Source: an uncultured virus (IMG/VR IMGVR_UViG_3300016467_000405) (taxonomy: Duplodnaviria > Heunggongvirae > Uroviricota > Caudoviricetes). From it: a DNA stretch of 64,000 nt. Made by a program: the position numbers and the translations under genes. Below, piece after piece: positions 19,790 through 29,842 of this stretch. Each line of letters begins with the position of its first letter. Positions within the stretch are counted from its first letter, which is position 1. The stretch lies in IMG/VR virus record IMGVR_UViG_3300016467_000405. One strand, written 5' to 3'. The notes beneath the pieces were generated by a model. That model was not told the origin of the DNA and searched no databases. It saw only the letters and a program-made list of their open reading frames with translations.

Positions 19790-22071
19790 TACCTGCGTCC
19801 ATCAGGGCTGATTTGTAATCTAGGGCTTCCTAGCTGCCACTTTACGCCTAATGCGTCACTTTCGATACGGAATACCAACTGCCGCCCTCTTATACGTACC
19901 CACACCTCTTGTGTGTAGTCATACACTTGTGTCGAGACTTCGGTACCTGCAATCGGAGCCTGTGTGTTCTGCATTGTGCTAAGCCCCGCTACGCCTTGCC
20001 CCGGATAGTTCCTTGCTTTAAGCGTAATGGTTGCGGTGGGGCTGGCGTTTGAAGATCCGATAAAATCCACGTCTGGAATGACACGGCGTACAAAAGAGAA
20101 CTGATACCCTCCATCACCCAGATCGAAGTCAGCAGATTCAATATACGCGTCGATAGGGCTTACTGGATTCGTAGATCCATCGTCTGTTCCGACTTCATGC
20201 TGCACTGTCAAACCGCCAGCAGCGCCAAACGGATTCCCTATGATATGTGAGTCTAACCACGCAGAACGCTCCAAACTTCCATAGTACCAGAGCTTTTCAA
20301 GGTAGTTGTAGACCACGTATCGGTCGTTGACTACAGAGTCTGTAGATGGATAAAACCACCAAATCTCATTGTACTTTTCGTTGGTTCCGCAGAATACGAG
20401 CTCTAGCTGATCATTGTTAATGTCGTCAAATACATACTGCCGCAGGGCGCAGGGGAGTGTGTCCACACGACCTGAATAGGCGTAAAACTTGTCGTCCCCC
20501 ATCCAGTACGTAACACCAGCGGCGGTTGTCATGGCATTTTGAGATACGATCGTCGTATCAACGGAGATAGGGTTAAACCCATAGACATAGGGAGGCCCAA
20601 GGTACTGCATTGAATACAATGCTGAGTCGGTCCAGATCAGAATTTCCTGCCTTGTTTTTTCGACCGTAACGATACGACTGCCGTAAGCAAGACGGAAATT
20701 GCCCGCTGTATTTGTAACCTGTGGATACCAGACTTGAGGGTTTTCCTGATCCGACCATGCGATCAGCATAGGATCCTGCGTAGAACTGCCATTCACTGCA
20801 TCGTTGCAGCCAAACGCCATGAGGTATCTTTCGTCAGTTATCGTGATGCAAGCCGCGACCGAAGGAATGGCAGGATCATAGACAACGCCTGTCCCTGAGC
20901 CTACGCCCGTAGCTACAAATGTAACGCCAACAGTGTTGGACGCTGCACCGATCAAAGTGAAATCTGTTGTACCGACCGTTCGTATTTCGTAGTAATTCCC
21001 AACCACAATGTCTGTGGCTAGCACACTGGAAAACGTAGAGCTCGTAACGTCTATGCCTCGTCCCGTGACTTGGCCCCCACTAGATAAGTTAGCTGCCGCA
21101 TCCCAATAGTAGATACCGCCGTTTCGAGGATTAAAGTACAGGTCTTGTCCAAAGTTGTTAGCGCTCCAAAGCCTAAGTTCTTCAGCTATTCCTACTCCAG
21201 AGTAACCCGTACCCCAGCCATGCCCAGTACCCCAAGGTCCTGCACCCCAACCGTTAAAAAAGCCTGAGTACGCTAAACCGCTTGCTATCTGATAGGTTGC
21301 TACAACTGCAGCTCCGCCTCCATTTGCCGCAGAGGTAGACTGAGACCCTATGTCTATGCCGATATAATTGGTGCTGACTGCTTTGATCTCGAACTCGTTA
21401 TTTAGCTGTGTGGTTGTAAATCCGTCAAAAGCCGTGGCTCCTGATAGCGTTACAAAATCGTTTAACGTAGCCCCATTGGCTAAGTCGTAAGCAATGACCC
21501 AAGAGCTAGAAACCGCAGAGGATGAGGCGTGTGTAGCCGCCGTTGTTCCGTTATACCCGCGTATGCAGGGGTAGCTTGAGCTACCTAGCGTGTTTGTTCC
21601 AGAATCTACGTAAGGTACGTAAATCTCTTCCGTATCAATTTTTACAACGAATGGAGCTAACTTCGTAAAGTTAGCCGTGGTTACGTTTGACGTTTGGATA
21701 GTCGTAGCTGTAGCTGAAATAGAAGAACTCAGCGTTGCATACATGGAATAGAGTGGATTAGCACTCAGCGTAGTTGTACGGCGGATAGGCGTTATGTCGA
21801 AGTACTGCCCTCCGACAAGAATGTAGAACTTTAAATTAGTACCCAAGCCAAGAAGATAATAGTTGCTCAGGGACAACCACTCTACGAAATACTTGCAAGA
21901 ACCTAAGTACTGTTCTGTGGTGTAGGGCGTCCATCCTCCAAGCTTTTCAGGCAGGCCAGAACGAAAACGTACTTTGTCGCAGGCGTACCACCCGCCTTCA
22001 CCAGCATAGCTCGTACCTTCTCGGTTTACGCCGGGTCTGAGCTGTAGAACTTGAAGTTTTTGTTCAGGCAC
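19789..22071 (-). CDS. Tail nozzle / tubular protein B-like (P22 gp10-like stabilization protein)
   Basis: 760 aa, beta-rich; KVRFRSGLPEKLGGW, WSDQE, EIWWFYPS, ends DGRR; position in the tail block. Confidence 0.7.
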   Translation of the reverse strand: MPEQKLQVLQLRPGVNREGTSYAGEGGWYACDKVRFRSGLPEKLGGWTPYTTEQYLGSCKYFVEWLSLSNYYLLGLGTNLKFYILVGGQYFDITPIRRTTTLSANPLYSMYATLSSSISATATTIQTSNVTTANFTKLAPFVVKIDTEEIYVPYVDSGTNTLGSSSYPCIRGYNGTTAATHASSSAVSSSWVIAYDLANGATLNDFVTLSGATAFDGFTTTQLNNEFEIKAVSTNYIGIDIGSQSTSAANGGGAAVVATYQIASGLAYSGFFNGWGAGPWGTGHGWGTGYSGVGIAEELRLWSANNFGQDLYFNPRNGGIYYWDAAANLSSGGQVTGRGIDVTSSTFSSVLATDIVVGNYYEIRTVGTTDFTLIGAASNTVGVTFVATGVGSGTGVVYDPAIPSVAACITITDERYLMAFGCNDAVNGSSTQDPMLIAWSDQENPQVWYPQVTNTAGNFRLAYGSRIVTVEKTRQEILIWTDSALYSMQYLGPPYVYGFNPISVDTTIVSQNAMTTAAGVTYWMGDDKFYAYSGRVDTLPCALRQYVFDDINNDQLELVFCGTNEKYNEIWWFYPSTDSVVNDRYVVYNYLEKLWYYGSLERSAWLDSHIIGNPFGAAGGLTVQHEVGTDDGSTNPVSPIDAYIESADFDLGDGGYQFSFVRRVIPDVDFIGSSNASPTATITLKARNYPGQGVAGLSTMQNTQAPIAGTEVSTQVYDYTQEVWVRIRGRQLVFRIESDALGVKWQLGSPRLQISPDGRR

Positions 22072-22093
22072 TGGACTACCTCTGTTGGCGTGA

Positions 22094-23767
22094 TTATCTG
22101 AGCTCAGCCCAAGAGTTGTAAGAACCTGTCGTGTTCACTCTGTACGTAGAACCATTCGGCACGATAAAGCTAATGGGTGAGTTAGCCGGTGTTCCAGTGG
22201 CGCCGTACTGCGCTATCTGTACGCTATCCACAAGGACGTAGACATAGGTCCCTGAAAAAGAAGTAGCGCTCACAACGACCATAATGGGTTTCCCCGTCGA
22301 ATTTGTGTACGTCGTGTTAATCGCTCGACTCGCCGTAAGATCCTGCCAAGTCTGGCTGTACCCGATCGCATTAGTGGCATTTGTTGCTAAAGTTGCTGTA
22401 GCCGCCGTAGTCGCAGAGGTCGCTGTAGTCGCAGAGGTCGCTGTAGTCGCAGAGGTCGCTGTAGCGGCATTACCAGAAATGTTTATCGCCCACGTACCTG
22501 AGGCTCCGGTACCCGTCAACGTCGGCGCATAGCTGTTGTAGTTGGACGTAGTCAGACCATTAGTAACCGTAGCGGCATTACCAGAAATGTTTATCGCCCA
22601 CGTACCTGAGGCTCCGGTACCCGTCAGGCTCGGCTTACTATCCAACTGCGTTTGTATGGCGCTTGTAACGCCTGATACGTAGCCTAGCTCGGTGTTTGTC
22701 ACCGCAGATACCGCAACTTTTCCACTGCCATCCGATGTAAGTGCTCTGGAGGCTGTCAGGTTGGAGGACGTAATTGTCGTCGCTGCGCCCGTAATGGTGG
22801 CCTGTTTGGCGTCGATCTGTGCTTGAATAGCACTTGTCACACCTGAGACATACCCTAGCTCTGTGCTCGTTACCAAGGATATGTTGACCTTACCACTTGA
22901 ATCTGAAGTAAGCGCCCGAGAAGCGGTTAGGTTAGAGGACGTGATCGTGGTTGCAGCGCCAGTAATAGTTGCTTGCTTAGCATCAAGCTGGGTTTGTATA
23001 GCGCTTGTGACCCCTGAGACATACCCCAGTTCGGTGCTTGTCACCGCAGATACCGCAACCTTACCGCTGCTATCGGAGGCAAGAGCTCTAGACGCCGTCA
23101 AATTAGATGACGTTATTGTAGTTGCTCCGCCAGTGATGGTGGTCTGCTTTGCATTAAGCTGCGTTTGAATCGCGCTCGTTACGCCTGAGAGGTACCCTAC
23201 TTCCGTAGAAGTAGCCGCAGAAGCCGCCAAATTCCCTGAACTGTTTGAGACAATCGCACGGGAGGAGGTGAACGTGTTTAATGCAGCTACAGCCGAATCT
23301 ACATACCCTTTATTTGCAGCTTCGAGAGACGTTGTTGGAGCACCTCCCAAAAGCAAAGTATCGACCGCGGTGACAGCTTCATAGACATCTACGCCATTGC
23401 AATAAAGAAACTTCGAGGTGTTTACTGGAATATCAACACCGGCGCCTGATACGGTAGAAAAGGTAACAACCGCATTAGAATTGTTGGCTACAACATAAAC
23501 CTTTGTGTTGCCATCGGGGCAGGAAACCGTTCGTGGAACGCCGGGAGACCCAGAAATCGTAATCATCATGTTGCGGGACTGATCAGAAAGACCGTCCAAT
23601 TCAGTCAAAACCACATCAGCGGCGGTTACACTAACATCAACAAGCCCAGCGATAGCTTCCCCAATCAAGGTCCCGAGATTGTTGTTTGTTGTAGTGCCCC
23701 ATGTGTTGGATTGTTCACCTTGGGCGATGAGTTCGATGCGAAGGTTAGGGCTAAAAGTGCTTGGCAT
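22094..23767 (-). CDS. Tail fibre/needle-like protein with internal repeats
   Basis: N-terminal LELIAQGEQ.NTWG-type motif; ~57-aa repeats (SNLTASRAL.SD.SGKV...TELGYVSGVTSAIQ.Q); gp53-like C-terminus YTNSTGKPI.V...VPNGSTY. Confidence 0.75.
   Translation of the reverse strand: MPSTFSPNLRIELIAQGEQSNTWGTTTNNNLGTLIGEAIAGLVDVSVTAADVVLTELDGLSDQSRNMMITISGSPGVPRTVSCPDGNTKVYVVANNSNAVVTFSTVSGAGVDIPVNTSKFLYCNGVDVYEAVTAVDTLLLGGAPTTSLEAANKGYVDSAVAALNTFTSSRAIVSNSSGNLAASAATSTEVGYLSGVTSAIQTQLNAKQTTITGGATTITSSNLTASRALASDSSGKVAVSAVTSTELGYVSGVTSAIQTQLDAKQATITGAATTITSSNLTASRALTSDSSGKVNISLVTSTELGYVSGVTSAIQAQIDAKQATITGAATTITSSNLTASRALTSDGSGKVAVSAVTNTELGYVSGVTSAIQTQLDSKPSLTGTGASGTWAINISGNAATVTNGLTTSNYNSYAPTLTGTGASGTWAINISGNAATATSATTATSATTATSATTAATATLATNATNAIGYSQTWQDLTASRAINTTYTNSTGKPIMVVVSATSFSGTYVYVLVDSVQIAQYGATGTPANSPISFIVPNGSTYRVNTTGSYNSWAELR
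22407..22460. repeat. Three perfect 18-bp tandem repeats (ATSATT)
   Basis: GTAGTCGCAGAGGTCGCT x3. Confidence 0.9.
22461..22626. repeat. Identical 58-bp direct repeat inside the fibre gene
   Basis: 22461-22518 equals 22569-22626 (LTGTGASGTWAINISGNAAT). Confidence 0.9.
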
Positions 23768-23776
23768 GATCGCCTC

Positions 23777-24574
23777 TTAGGTTGGTATGTTGGCCCACGT
23801 CGTGGTGGTCTGTGATTGTACGGAGTCCCACGTAGTCCCCGGATACTTTCTTACCGGAGGCAGAGTCTGCGGAATGGCGCAAAGAGGCGCTGTAGCGATA
23901 GCGAAGTCATCTCCATAGACCAGAGTGTCGAATGGAATATCAGTCCATAACCCATCGCAATGGTCTGGGCATGTGCCCGGCTGTGCCGTAGCCATGATCT
24001 TCCAGAGCCGCAACTCATTGAGCGTAGTATAGATTGTCTGAGAATCTACAACAATCGTCTGGTCTGTGATGAGCGATACAGAGTTTTCTGTCGCCTGTAG
24101 TTCCTGCGATTCTGCAGTTAGGTTTACGTCTAGAGAAAGCCCAACGCTACGGAGCGTTGACGTTATGGCCTGTGAGGCCAAATCAATCTGGTTATCCGTG
24201 CTCAGATCGACATTGTTTTCCGTCAGCGAGAGAGTCTGAGAAGCCGCTGCGGCAGATGCTGAGGCAGTCAGCGATACGTCATTTAACGTAAGCGCAAGCG
24301 ACTGGCTATCAAACGTCGGCGGTTGGACTTCTAGAGAGACAGAGTTTTCGGTTAAAGTCAGCGATTGAGAGGCCAGCTCTATGCTGTTGTCCGTGACGAG
24401 GGTTACCCCATTTAACGCCAAGGATAGATTCTGACCAACAACGTCGATCGCGTTACCGACGCTTACCGAAACGCTGTTTTGAGACAGCGTGAGTGACTGA
24501 GAGGCAAGAGTGACACTTTCACTCCATTGCCCAGAGGCAAGGGGTGCATCCGCGATAGGATAGAACCCCAACAC
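23777..24574 (-). CDS. Tail-associated repeat protein
   Basis: MLGFYPIADAPLA N-terminus; recurring ASQSLTL..NSVSL units; ends TWANIPT. Confidence 0.55.
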   Translation of the reverse strand: MLGFYPIADAPLASGQWSESVTLASQSLTLSQNSVSVSVGNAIDVVGQNLSLALNGVTLVTDNSIELASQSLTLTENSVSLEVQPPTFDSQSLALTLNDVSLTASASAAAASQTLSLTENNVDLSTDNQIDLASQAITSTLRSVGLSLDVNLTAESQELQATENSVSLITDQTIVVDSQTIYTTLNELRLWKIMATAQPGTCPDHCDGLWTDIPFDTLVYGDDFAIATAPLCAIPQTLPPVRKYPGTTWDSVQSQTTTTWANIPT

Positions 24575-24580
24575 TTGAGT

Positions 24581-24757
24581 TTAGCCTTTCTTGATGATGT
24601 TGATCAGGCCGAAAACACTCGCTCCAACAGACGCAATTTGCGTGGCTAATTCAGGCTCAAGATTTGCGCCTGCAGCAGAGGCTACAATCGTAACCCCCTG
24701 CCAAGTAGAAGCTTCACCTAGCCGCGCAAGCAGCCAGTCTAGAAAATGTTTGAGCAT
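24581..24757 (-). CDS. Holin-like membrane protein
   Basis: LARLGEASTWQG plus two hydrophobic helices and a basic tail; GGAGG RBS; adjacent to the endolysin. Confidence 0.65.
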   Translation of the reverse strand: MLKHFLDWLLARLGEASTWQGVTIVASAAGANLEPELATQIASVGASVFGLINIIKKG

Positions 24758-24759
24758 GA

Positions 24760-25179
24760 CTATTTCCTCCAATCAAAATGGGGCCCGTCTGGGAAGGTCT
24801 TCGACAATTCCGTCTTCCCGTTGACGAACTCGGTTTCCGATAAGTTCTTCCAATTTCCTCCCCACCGCACTTCAGTGCGGAGCTGCTTCGCGGCTTCTTT
24901 AACCGCTTCGGCTAGGGGGTAGAAGTCTTTCCAATCCCATGAAACTTTGTTGTTTACGATGGGAGCCAGATCGACTGCATCCCCAGTCAGATGCCTTGAG
25001 TTCATGGTTTTGGTCGCACCTTTCTCGAAGAGATAGGCTTGACGCTCCTTGGTTCGGAGCCCTTCTACCACGATAAAATCAATGGGGGTAATTTGTATGG
25101 CCCGTTTGACCACCTGCACAAGGGCAGGATTAACCCCTTCGAGTCTTCTCAATGACTTCTGACTGAGGATGAAGCTCAT
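24760..25179 (-). CDS. Endolysin, peptidase M15 (L-Ala-D-Glu peptidase-like)
   Basis: EGLRT.ERQ, SRHLTGDAVDL, WGGNW, DGPHF. Confidence 0.9.
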   Translation of the reverse strand: MSFILSQKSLRRLEGVNPALVQVVKRAIQITPIDFIVVEGLRTKERQAYLFEKGATKTMNSRHLTGDAVDLAPIVNNKVSWDWKDFYPLAEAVKEAAKQLRTEVRWGGNWKNLSETEFVNGKTELSKTFPDGPHFDWRK

Positions 25180-25183
25180 GTCA

Positions 25184-25330
25184 CTACTCGCTTTCTGCTG
25201 CGGGCTTAGCCTGAATATCTACTTCTTCGTGGATCTTATTGATCAACGGAGCCACTTCGACAAAAGGCTTAGAAGCAAGGTAGTTCAAGATACCGTTAAC
25301 GAGTTCGACTGAAAGACTTACTTTTTCCAT
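25184..25330 (-). CDS. Small hypothetical protein (48 aa, not in the ORF track)
   Basis: MEKVSLSVELVNGILNYLASKPFVEVAPLINKI...; fills the gap between flanking genes. Confidence 0.65.
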   Translation of the reverse strand: MEKVSLSVELVNGILNYLASKPFVEVAPLINKIHEEVDIQAKPAAESE

Positions 25331-25365
25331 TTGAGTTTTCTTTAAAGGTTAAAGGAGTTCTCAGT

Positions 25366-25731
25366 CTACTTCGCTGGAGCAGGTTCTTCAACCGCCGGAG
25401 CATCGGCAACAATCCACGGAAGGTCTGCAGGCTTCGGCTGCTGTTCATACTGCCAACCGATCTGTTCAATTACACGGGCTTCAAAATCAGCACCGTTGTT
25501 CGGAAGTGCGGCCTTGGTCCAAGCAATCGCTTGTTCTTCGGTAACATCGCTGATCGGCGTAAAGTCAGTCGGGTTGGGGGCGCCTAGCATGACATCACCC
25601 TGCACAAAGCCCTGCTTATTGTTCTGATCCACGCCACTTACATCAAAGCAAGACTGAATCGCGACGTTCTGTAGACCGTCCTTGTTAACGATCTCAAGGC
25701 GGGTGATTTTCCAAGTAATTGTGATTGCCAT
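25366..25731 (-). CDS. Conserved tail-fibre-associated protein
   Basis: MAITITWKI..L...DFTP..DVTEEQAIAW...LPW pattern downstream of the fibre. Confidence 0.55.
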   Translation of the reverse strand: MAITITWKITRLEIVNKDGLQNVAIQSCFDVSGVDQNNKQGFVQGDVMLGAPNPTDFTPISDVTEEQAIAWTKAALPNNGADFEARVIEQIGWQYEQQPKPADLPWIVADAPAVEEPAPAK

Positions 25732-25752
25732 TTGAATTACCTCAATTATGAA

Positions 25753-26022
25753 TTAGCAGTCCTCAGCCCCTTCAAATTCAGGGCGTTGTTTAATGATGCA
25801 GTAAAGCGTTGCTCTGTCTGCACCGGGAATGTATTCGTCGCCGCTGATCTGGACTTTTCCAGCCGACAGCGGTTGCTTCTCAGTTTCACGGGCTTCCTTG
25901 GATGCGTAACCGTAAAACGTGACTTCCGTTCCCTTGCCTTTGAAATCTTCCTGCACTGCTCCGATGTTCCAATATGTGGCCGGTAGGCCAAAGTCGGTGT
26001 CGATTGATTTTGAAAGTGCCAT
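25753..26022 (-). CDS. Tail fibre assembly-like protein
   Basis: MALSKSIDTDFG...Y..IK.RPEFEGAEDC; follows the fibre gene. Confidence 0.5.
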   Translation of the reverse strand: MALSKSIDTDFGLPATYWNIGAVQEDFKGKGTEVTFYGYASKEARETEKQPLSAGKVQISGDEYIPGADRATLYCIIKQRPEFEGAEDC

Positions 26023-26027
26023 GAGTT

Positions 26028-29000
26028 TTAACCTACGAGTAAGCGGCGAGTTGTCCCGCCAGAATCGGTGATGGTGATGTAGCCAGTGGGCGAGAGAACG
26101 CTTGCGGTGTAAGTGCCGAACTGAACGGTCCCTGTTCCTTTGGGGGTTAGTATGATGTTGATGTTTGCATCAGATCCAGAAGTTCCGCTGATTGCTGAAA
26201 TGGACGGAGATGCCCCTGCCGCCGCACCAGAAACAGCCAACAGGTTGCCTGTAGAAGACGCCGTTCCGAGGATTCTGAAAGCCTGAGCTGATGATGCACC
26301 ACCACTACAGAAAGCGATATACCCCGATCCTTTCGTTACGATCGCCGCATTGACATTGGCGTCAGATCCTGTGAACTGAATCCCCGGTAATACCGACGCC
26401 CCAGCGCTCGTTACGCCGCCTGTCACTTGGACGTAGTTCACGGCGCTGGCGGTGTGGGCTACAGCAAACTGCTGGTTAGTACCGCCATTCGTATAAATAG
26501 TGATACTTGAAGTCCCTGAACTTGTAATTCGGCCTTCAGTATTTGTTGAGCCACGCGCAAACAAATACGGAGTAGAGGTTCCAGCACCGGCTGACCAATA
26601 GTTACTGTTTGTACCACCAGAATCATAAACCCTAAACCCAATACCGGAGTTTGGAGTATAAAAATCCAGTGTTGTCCCGATTGACTTGATACTTGTTCCC
26701 GATCCGACTGTCGCATAAGCCGCCGCACCAGACCCACCGCCGCCAGAGAATGACACCGTGGGCTGTTCTAGATAGCCGGAGCCTGCGTTGGTGATGGTTA
26801 ATGTATTAGTTATCTGCCAAGTAGAAACAGTAAATGTTGCACCTGTTCCCGTACCACCTGTGACTGATAAAGTCCCACTTGGCGCTATTGTATACGCACC
26901 AAGATTGCTGTTTGTTACCGCAGTTATCACGCCACCAGATACAGCAGTGACCTGAATTACAGCCGCAGTAGTAAACGTGCCGCCAGAAATGGTGAGCGCA
27001 TCATTAACAGAATAACCAGTTCCACCAGAAACAATAGTCGGAGTTACGCCAAGCCCTATAACGCACGTTGCTGTAGCAGTCGTACCACCCGGAGTTGTTG
27101 GTGCAGTAATCGCAACTGTTGGGTTTGTTGTGTAATTCGACCCCCCAGCAGTCCTCGTAATCGCCGTTACCGTCCCACCGTTGCTGATATTCACACCCGC
27201 TGATCCGGGTGCAAGGTCGATACCGCCGGTACCTTTGCTTACGAACGCTAAAGGTATGTTGGTGTCCGATCCGGCTACGGAGTGTATGGGGGTGAGTGTC
27301 GTAGCTGCGCCTGCGACCTGCTGGTAATTTGCTGACCCAGACCCTAGCGTTGATGAGCCACTAATAGTTGCGTTTCCAGCGTTATCAATACGCATACGCT
27401 CAGAGCCAGCGATTCTGAATCTAATGTCTCCTGACGCATTCGGAGCATTCAGCAGGAGATACGTCCCGTCACTAGTAAGCTGAGGATTATTAGCGGTATC
27501 CGTACCGCCCACGATAAGTTCTTTATTTGCGGCAAGTTGTATTTGTCCAGCAAAGTAGTTAGCTGCCGTACCCGCTGCGTAGAAGTTATAGCGACCTGTG
27601 CCAGAGGCTATGTTGGAGTAGAAACCGTAATTGTTCGTAGCTCCTGTAAGAGTGGTTTCAGCAGAGAAGCCGTATTGCGTGGTAACTGTGGACCCTGCGC
27701 CGATAGTCTGCTGATAGGCTAAATAATGTGTTAGCGTCGCCAATGTAAAGGACGCAGCTTCCGTATAGGCTTCGGTAGAAAACAGCCTTGCGTTACCCAC
27801 AACGGAAGAAGGGATAGTCGCAGCGGCGCGAAAACCTCTGGTAAAGCTCCCCGCAGGATACGTACCTTGTATGTCCGCGCTCACGAACGTCGTCGGTACA
27901 CCACCTATGCCAATCTTTCCAGCGAAATAGTTATCAGCCGTACCGGCTGCGTAGAAGTTGTAGCGGTTAGAACCGGAAGCAATGTTGGAGTAGAAGCCGT
28001 AGTTGTTGGTGGCTCCGGTGAGGGAGGACTCAACAAAAACTCCATATTGATTTGTTACTGTAGATCCTGCGCCAATCGTTCCTTGTGTTGCGTAAAAATG
28101 GCCCAACTGACTAAGCGTGAAAGCCGATGCAGCGGTTTGAGCGTAAGTTGAATAATATCTTGCCTGAGATGTGACATCACTCTGTACCTCACCCTGCGTT
28201 GTTACGCCGTAAGCCGTAGTGAATCCCGTAATTTGTTTTCCTATTGCCAGAGCCTGAGAAGATGGGATTAAGCCACCACCAATACCTAAAGCGCCAGAAA
28301 AATAATTATTTGCCGTACCAGCCGCGTAGAAGTTGTAACGCCCAGAGCCGGAAGCGATGTTGCTGTAGAAACCGAAGTTGTTCGTGGCTCCTGTATTTGC
28401 GCTATTTGCAAAGAAACTGTATTGGTTCGTTACTGTAGACCCAGCGCCGATTGTTCCCTGAGTTGCATTGTAGTGGTACAAGTTGCTTAGGGTGTACGCT
28501 GTAGCTTGTGTACTGGGTTGACTATAATAAGCGCCAAAATTTGCCGTTACATCAGATTGCCCAGTATTTATTGAAGCTACACCCCACGCCGTAGTAGCTC
28601 CAGTTACAGATCCTCCGACTCTGAAATTGTATCCAGTCAGTGAGGTTGTGTTTATTCCAACAGCCCCACCAAAATAGTTATCAGCCGTACCCGCAGCGTA
28701 GAAGTTATAGCGGCCTGAGCCAGAGGCTATGTTGGAATAGAAGCCGTAGTTGTTTGTGGCTCCGGTAAGGGAGGACTCGGCGTGGAATCCATATTGGTTC
28801 GTAACAGTGGACCCTGCACCAAGTGCTGGTGGGTTCGCATAAAACTGCATTATGTTTGACAACGTAAACGCAGATGCCGCGGTGGTTACTCTCGCCTGAA
28901 TACCCCTAGCTGCCGATGTAACATCCGATGCCGCGGTAGTTGATATGGTGATGGAGTCGTTGGTTGTTTGCCCGGTTAGCGTTCCTCCGAGAGCTACAGA

Positions 29001-29828
29001 AGCAAACGTATTAGGCGTAGTTCCGATTCCAACTTTTCCAGCAAAGTAGTTAGCAGCAGTCCCCGCCGCGTAGAAGTTGTAGCGACCCGTACCTGATGAG
29101 ATGTTTGAGTAGAAACCGTGATTTTCTACAGTGGCGCCGGTAAGCGAGCTATCCGCTAAGAACCCATACTGATAAGAAACAGACGAACCTGCTCCAAAAG
29201 TTCCCTGCTGAGCGGTGTAGTGACGTAAGGAGAGTAGTGTGAAAGCTGCCGCGGCTGTAGACGCTGTTGAACGGAACATATCCGTACGCGCTGTAACATC
29301 ACTCTGCGTCGTACCACCGCTATACACACCTACGGATTGCAGTGCCCCCGTGATGTCTTTAGTTACGCTAAGCGTGCGCCCTGCGCTTGGAGCGCCTCCA
29401 ATGCCCACTTGAGCATTGATAATCTGCGTGTTGGTAAACGTATTAGCTGAAGTCAGACCGGCATAGTCAGAAGTCCAAGACGAAGTCGTGCCGTTCGTTA
29501 TGAGGATCTTTCCGCTGTTGCTAGTCTGGTCAGGCAGCAGATACGTGTATGGAGCTGTACAGAAAACACGCTTAGTCCCTGCGGCAAAATTGACCAAAGC
29601 GTTGGCGTTAGAAGACTGAAATACGGTACGTGTCAGCGTTCCAGTACCTACCGTTCCATACCCAATTTCCCAGTTACCGACGCCATCGTCGATTACATAC
29701 CAAACAATGTCGCCATTGTTAAAGGTGGAGTTGAACGTAACATACCCAGTGACCGCGCCGTTAAGCGCGAGTGATCCTGTTCCAGCAGATGTAGTCGTCT
29801 CTTGGACGCGGTCGCCAAGTAGGGGCAT
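26028..29828 (-). CDS. Long tail fibre / receptor-binding protein
   Basis: N-terminal DRVQETTT..GTG...WEIG.GT; five ~124-aa repeats ending GFYSNIASG.GRYNFYAAGTA.NYF; T/G/S-rich distal domains. Confidence 0.8.
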   Translation of the reverse strand: MPLLGDRVQETTTSAGTGSLALNGAVTGYVTFNSTFNNGDIVWYVIDDGVGNWEIGYGTVGTGTLTRTVFQSSNANALVNFAAGTKRVFCTAPYTYLLPDQTSNSGKILITNGTTSSWTSDYAGLTSANTFTNTQIINAQVGIGGAPSAGRTLSVTKDITGALQSVGVYSGGTTQSDVTARTDMFRSTASTAAAAFTLLSLRHYTAQQGTFGAGSSVSYQYGFLADSSLTGATVENHGFYSNISSGTGRYNFYAAGTAANYFAGKVGIGTTPNTFASVALGGTLTGQTTNDSITISTTAASDVTSAARGIQARVTTAASAFTLSNIMQFYANPPALGAGSTVTNQYGFHAESSLTGATNNYGFYSNIASGSGRYNFYAAGTADNYFGGAVGINTTSLTGYNFRVGGSVTGATTAWGVASINTGQSDVTANFGAYYSQPSTQATAYTLSNLYHYNATQGTIGAGSTVTNQYSFFANSANTGATNNFGFYSNIASGSGRYNFYAAGTANNYFSGALGIGGGLIPSSQALAIGKQITGFTTAYGVTTQGEVQSDVTSQARYYSTYAQTAASAFTLSQLGHFYATQGTIGAGSTVTNQYGVFVESSLTGATNNYGFYSNIASGSNRYNFYAAGTADNYFAGKIGIGGVPTTFVSADIQGTYPAGSFTRGFRAAATIPSSVVGNARLFSTEAYTEAASFTLATLTHYLAYQQTIGAGSTVTTQYGFSAETTLTGATNNYGFYSNIASGTGRYNFYAAGTAANYFAGQIQLAANKELIVGGTDTANNPQLTSDGTYLLLNAPNASGDIRFRIAGSERMRIDNAGNATISGSSTLGSGSANYQQVAGAATTLTPIHSVAGSDTNIPLAFVSKGTGGIDLAPGSAGVNISNGGTVTAITRTAGGSNYTTNPTVAITAPTTPGGTTATATCVIGLGVTPTIVSGGTGYSVNDALTISGGTFTTAAVIQVTAVSGGVITAVTNSNLGAYTIAPSGTLSVTGGTGTGATFTVSTWQITNTLTITNAGSGYLEQPTVSFSGGGGSGAAAYATVGSGTSIKSIGTTLDFYTPNSGIGFRVYDSGGTNSNYWSAGAGTSTPYLFARGSTNTEGRITSSGTSSITIYTNGGTNQQFAVAHTASAVNYVQVTGGVTSAGASVLPGIQFTGSDANVNAAIVTKGSGYIAFCSGGASSAQAFRILGTASSTGNLLAVSGAAAGASPSISAISGTSGSDANINIILTPKGTGTVQFGTYTASVLSPTGYITITDSGGTTRRLLVG

Positions 29829-29842
29829 GGTCGGCTCCTAAA

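Noticed and set aside
24760..24790. Frameshift at the endolysin C-terminus (DGPHFDWRK rather than the more usual HF[EQ]L)
   Set aside because: The Zn-ligand His is retained and the end abuts the holin RBS normally, so there is no evidence of disruption.
26028..29828. Fibre repeats as DGR template/variable repeats
   Set aside because: No reverse transcriptase is present, and the repeats are in-frame coding units without an evident adenine-specific mismatch pattern.
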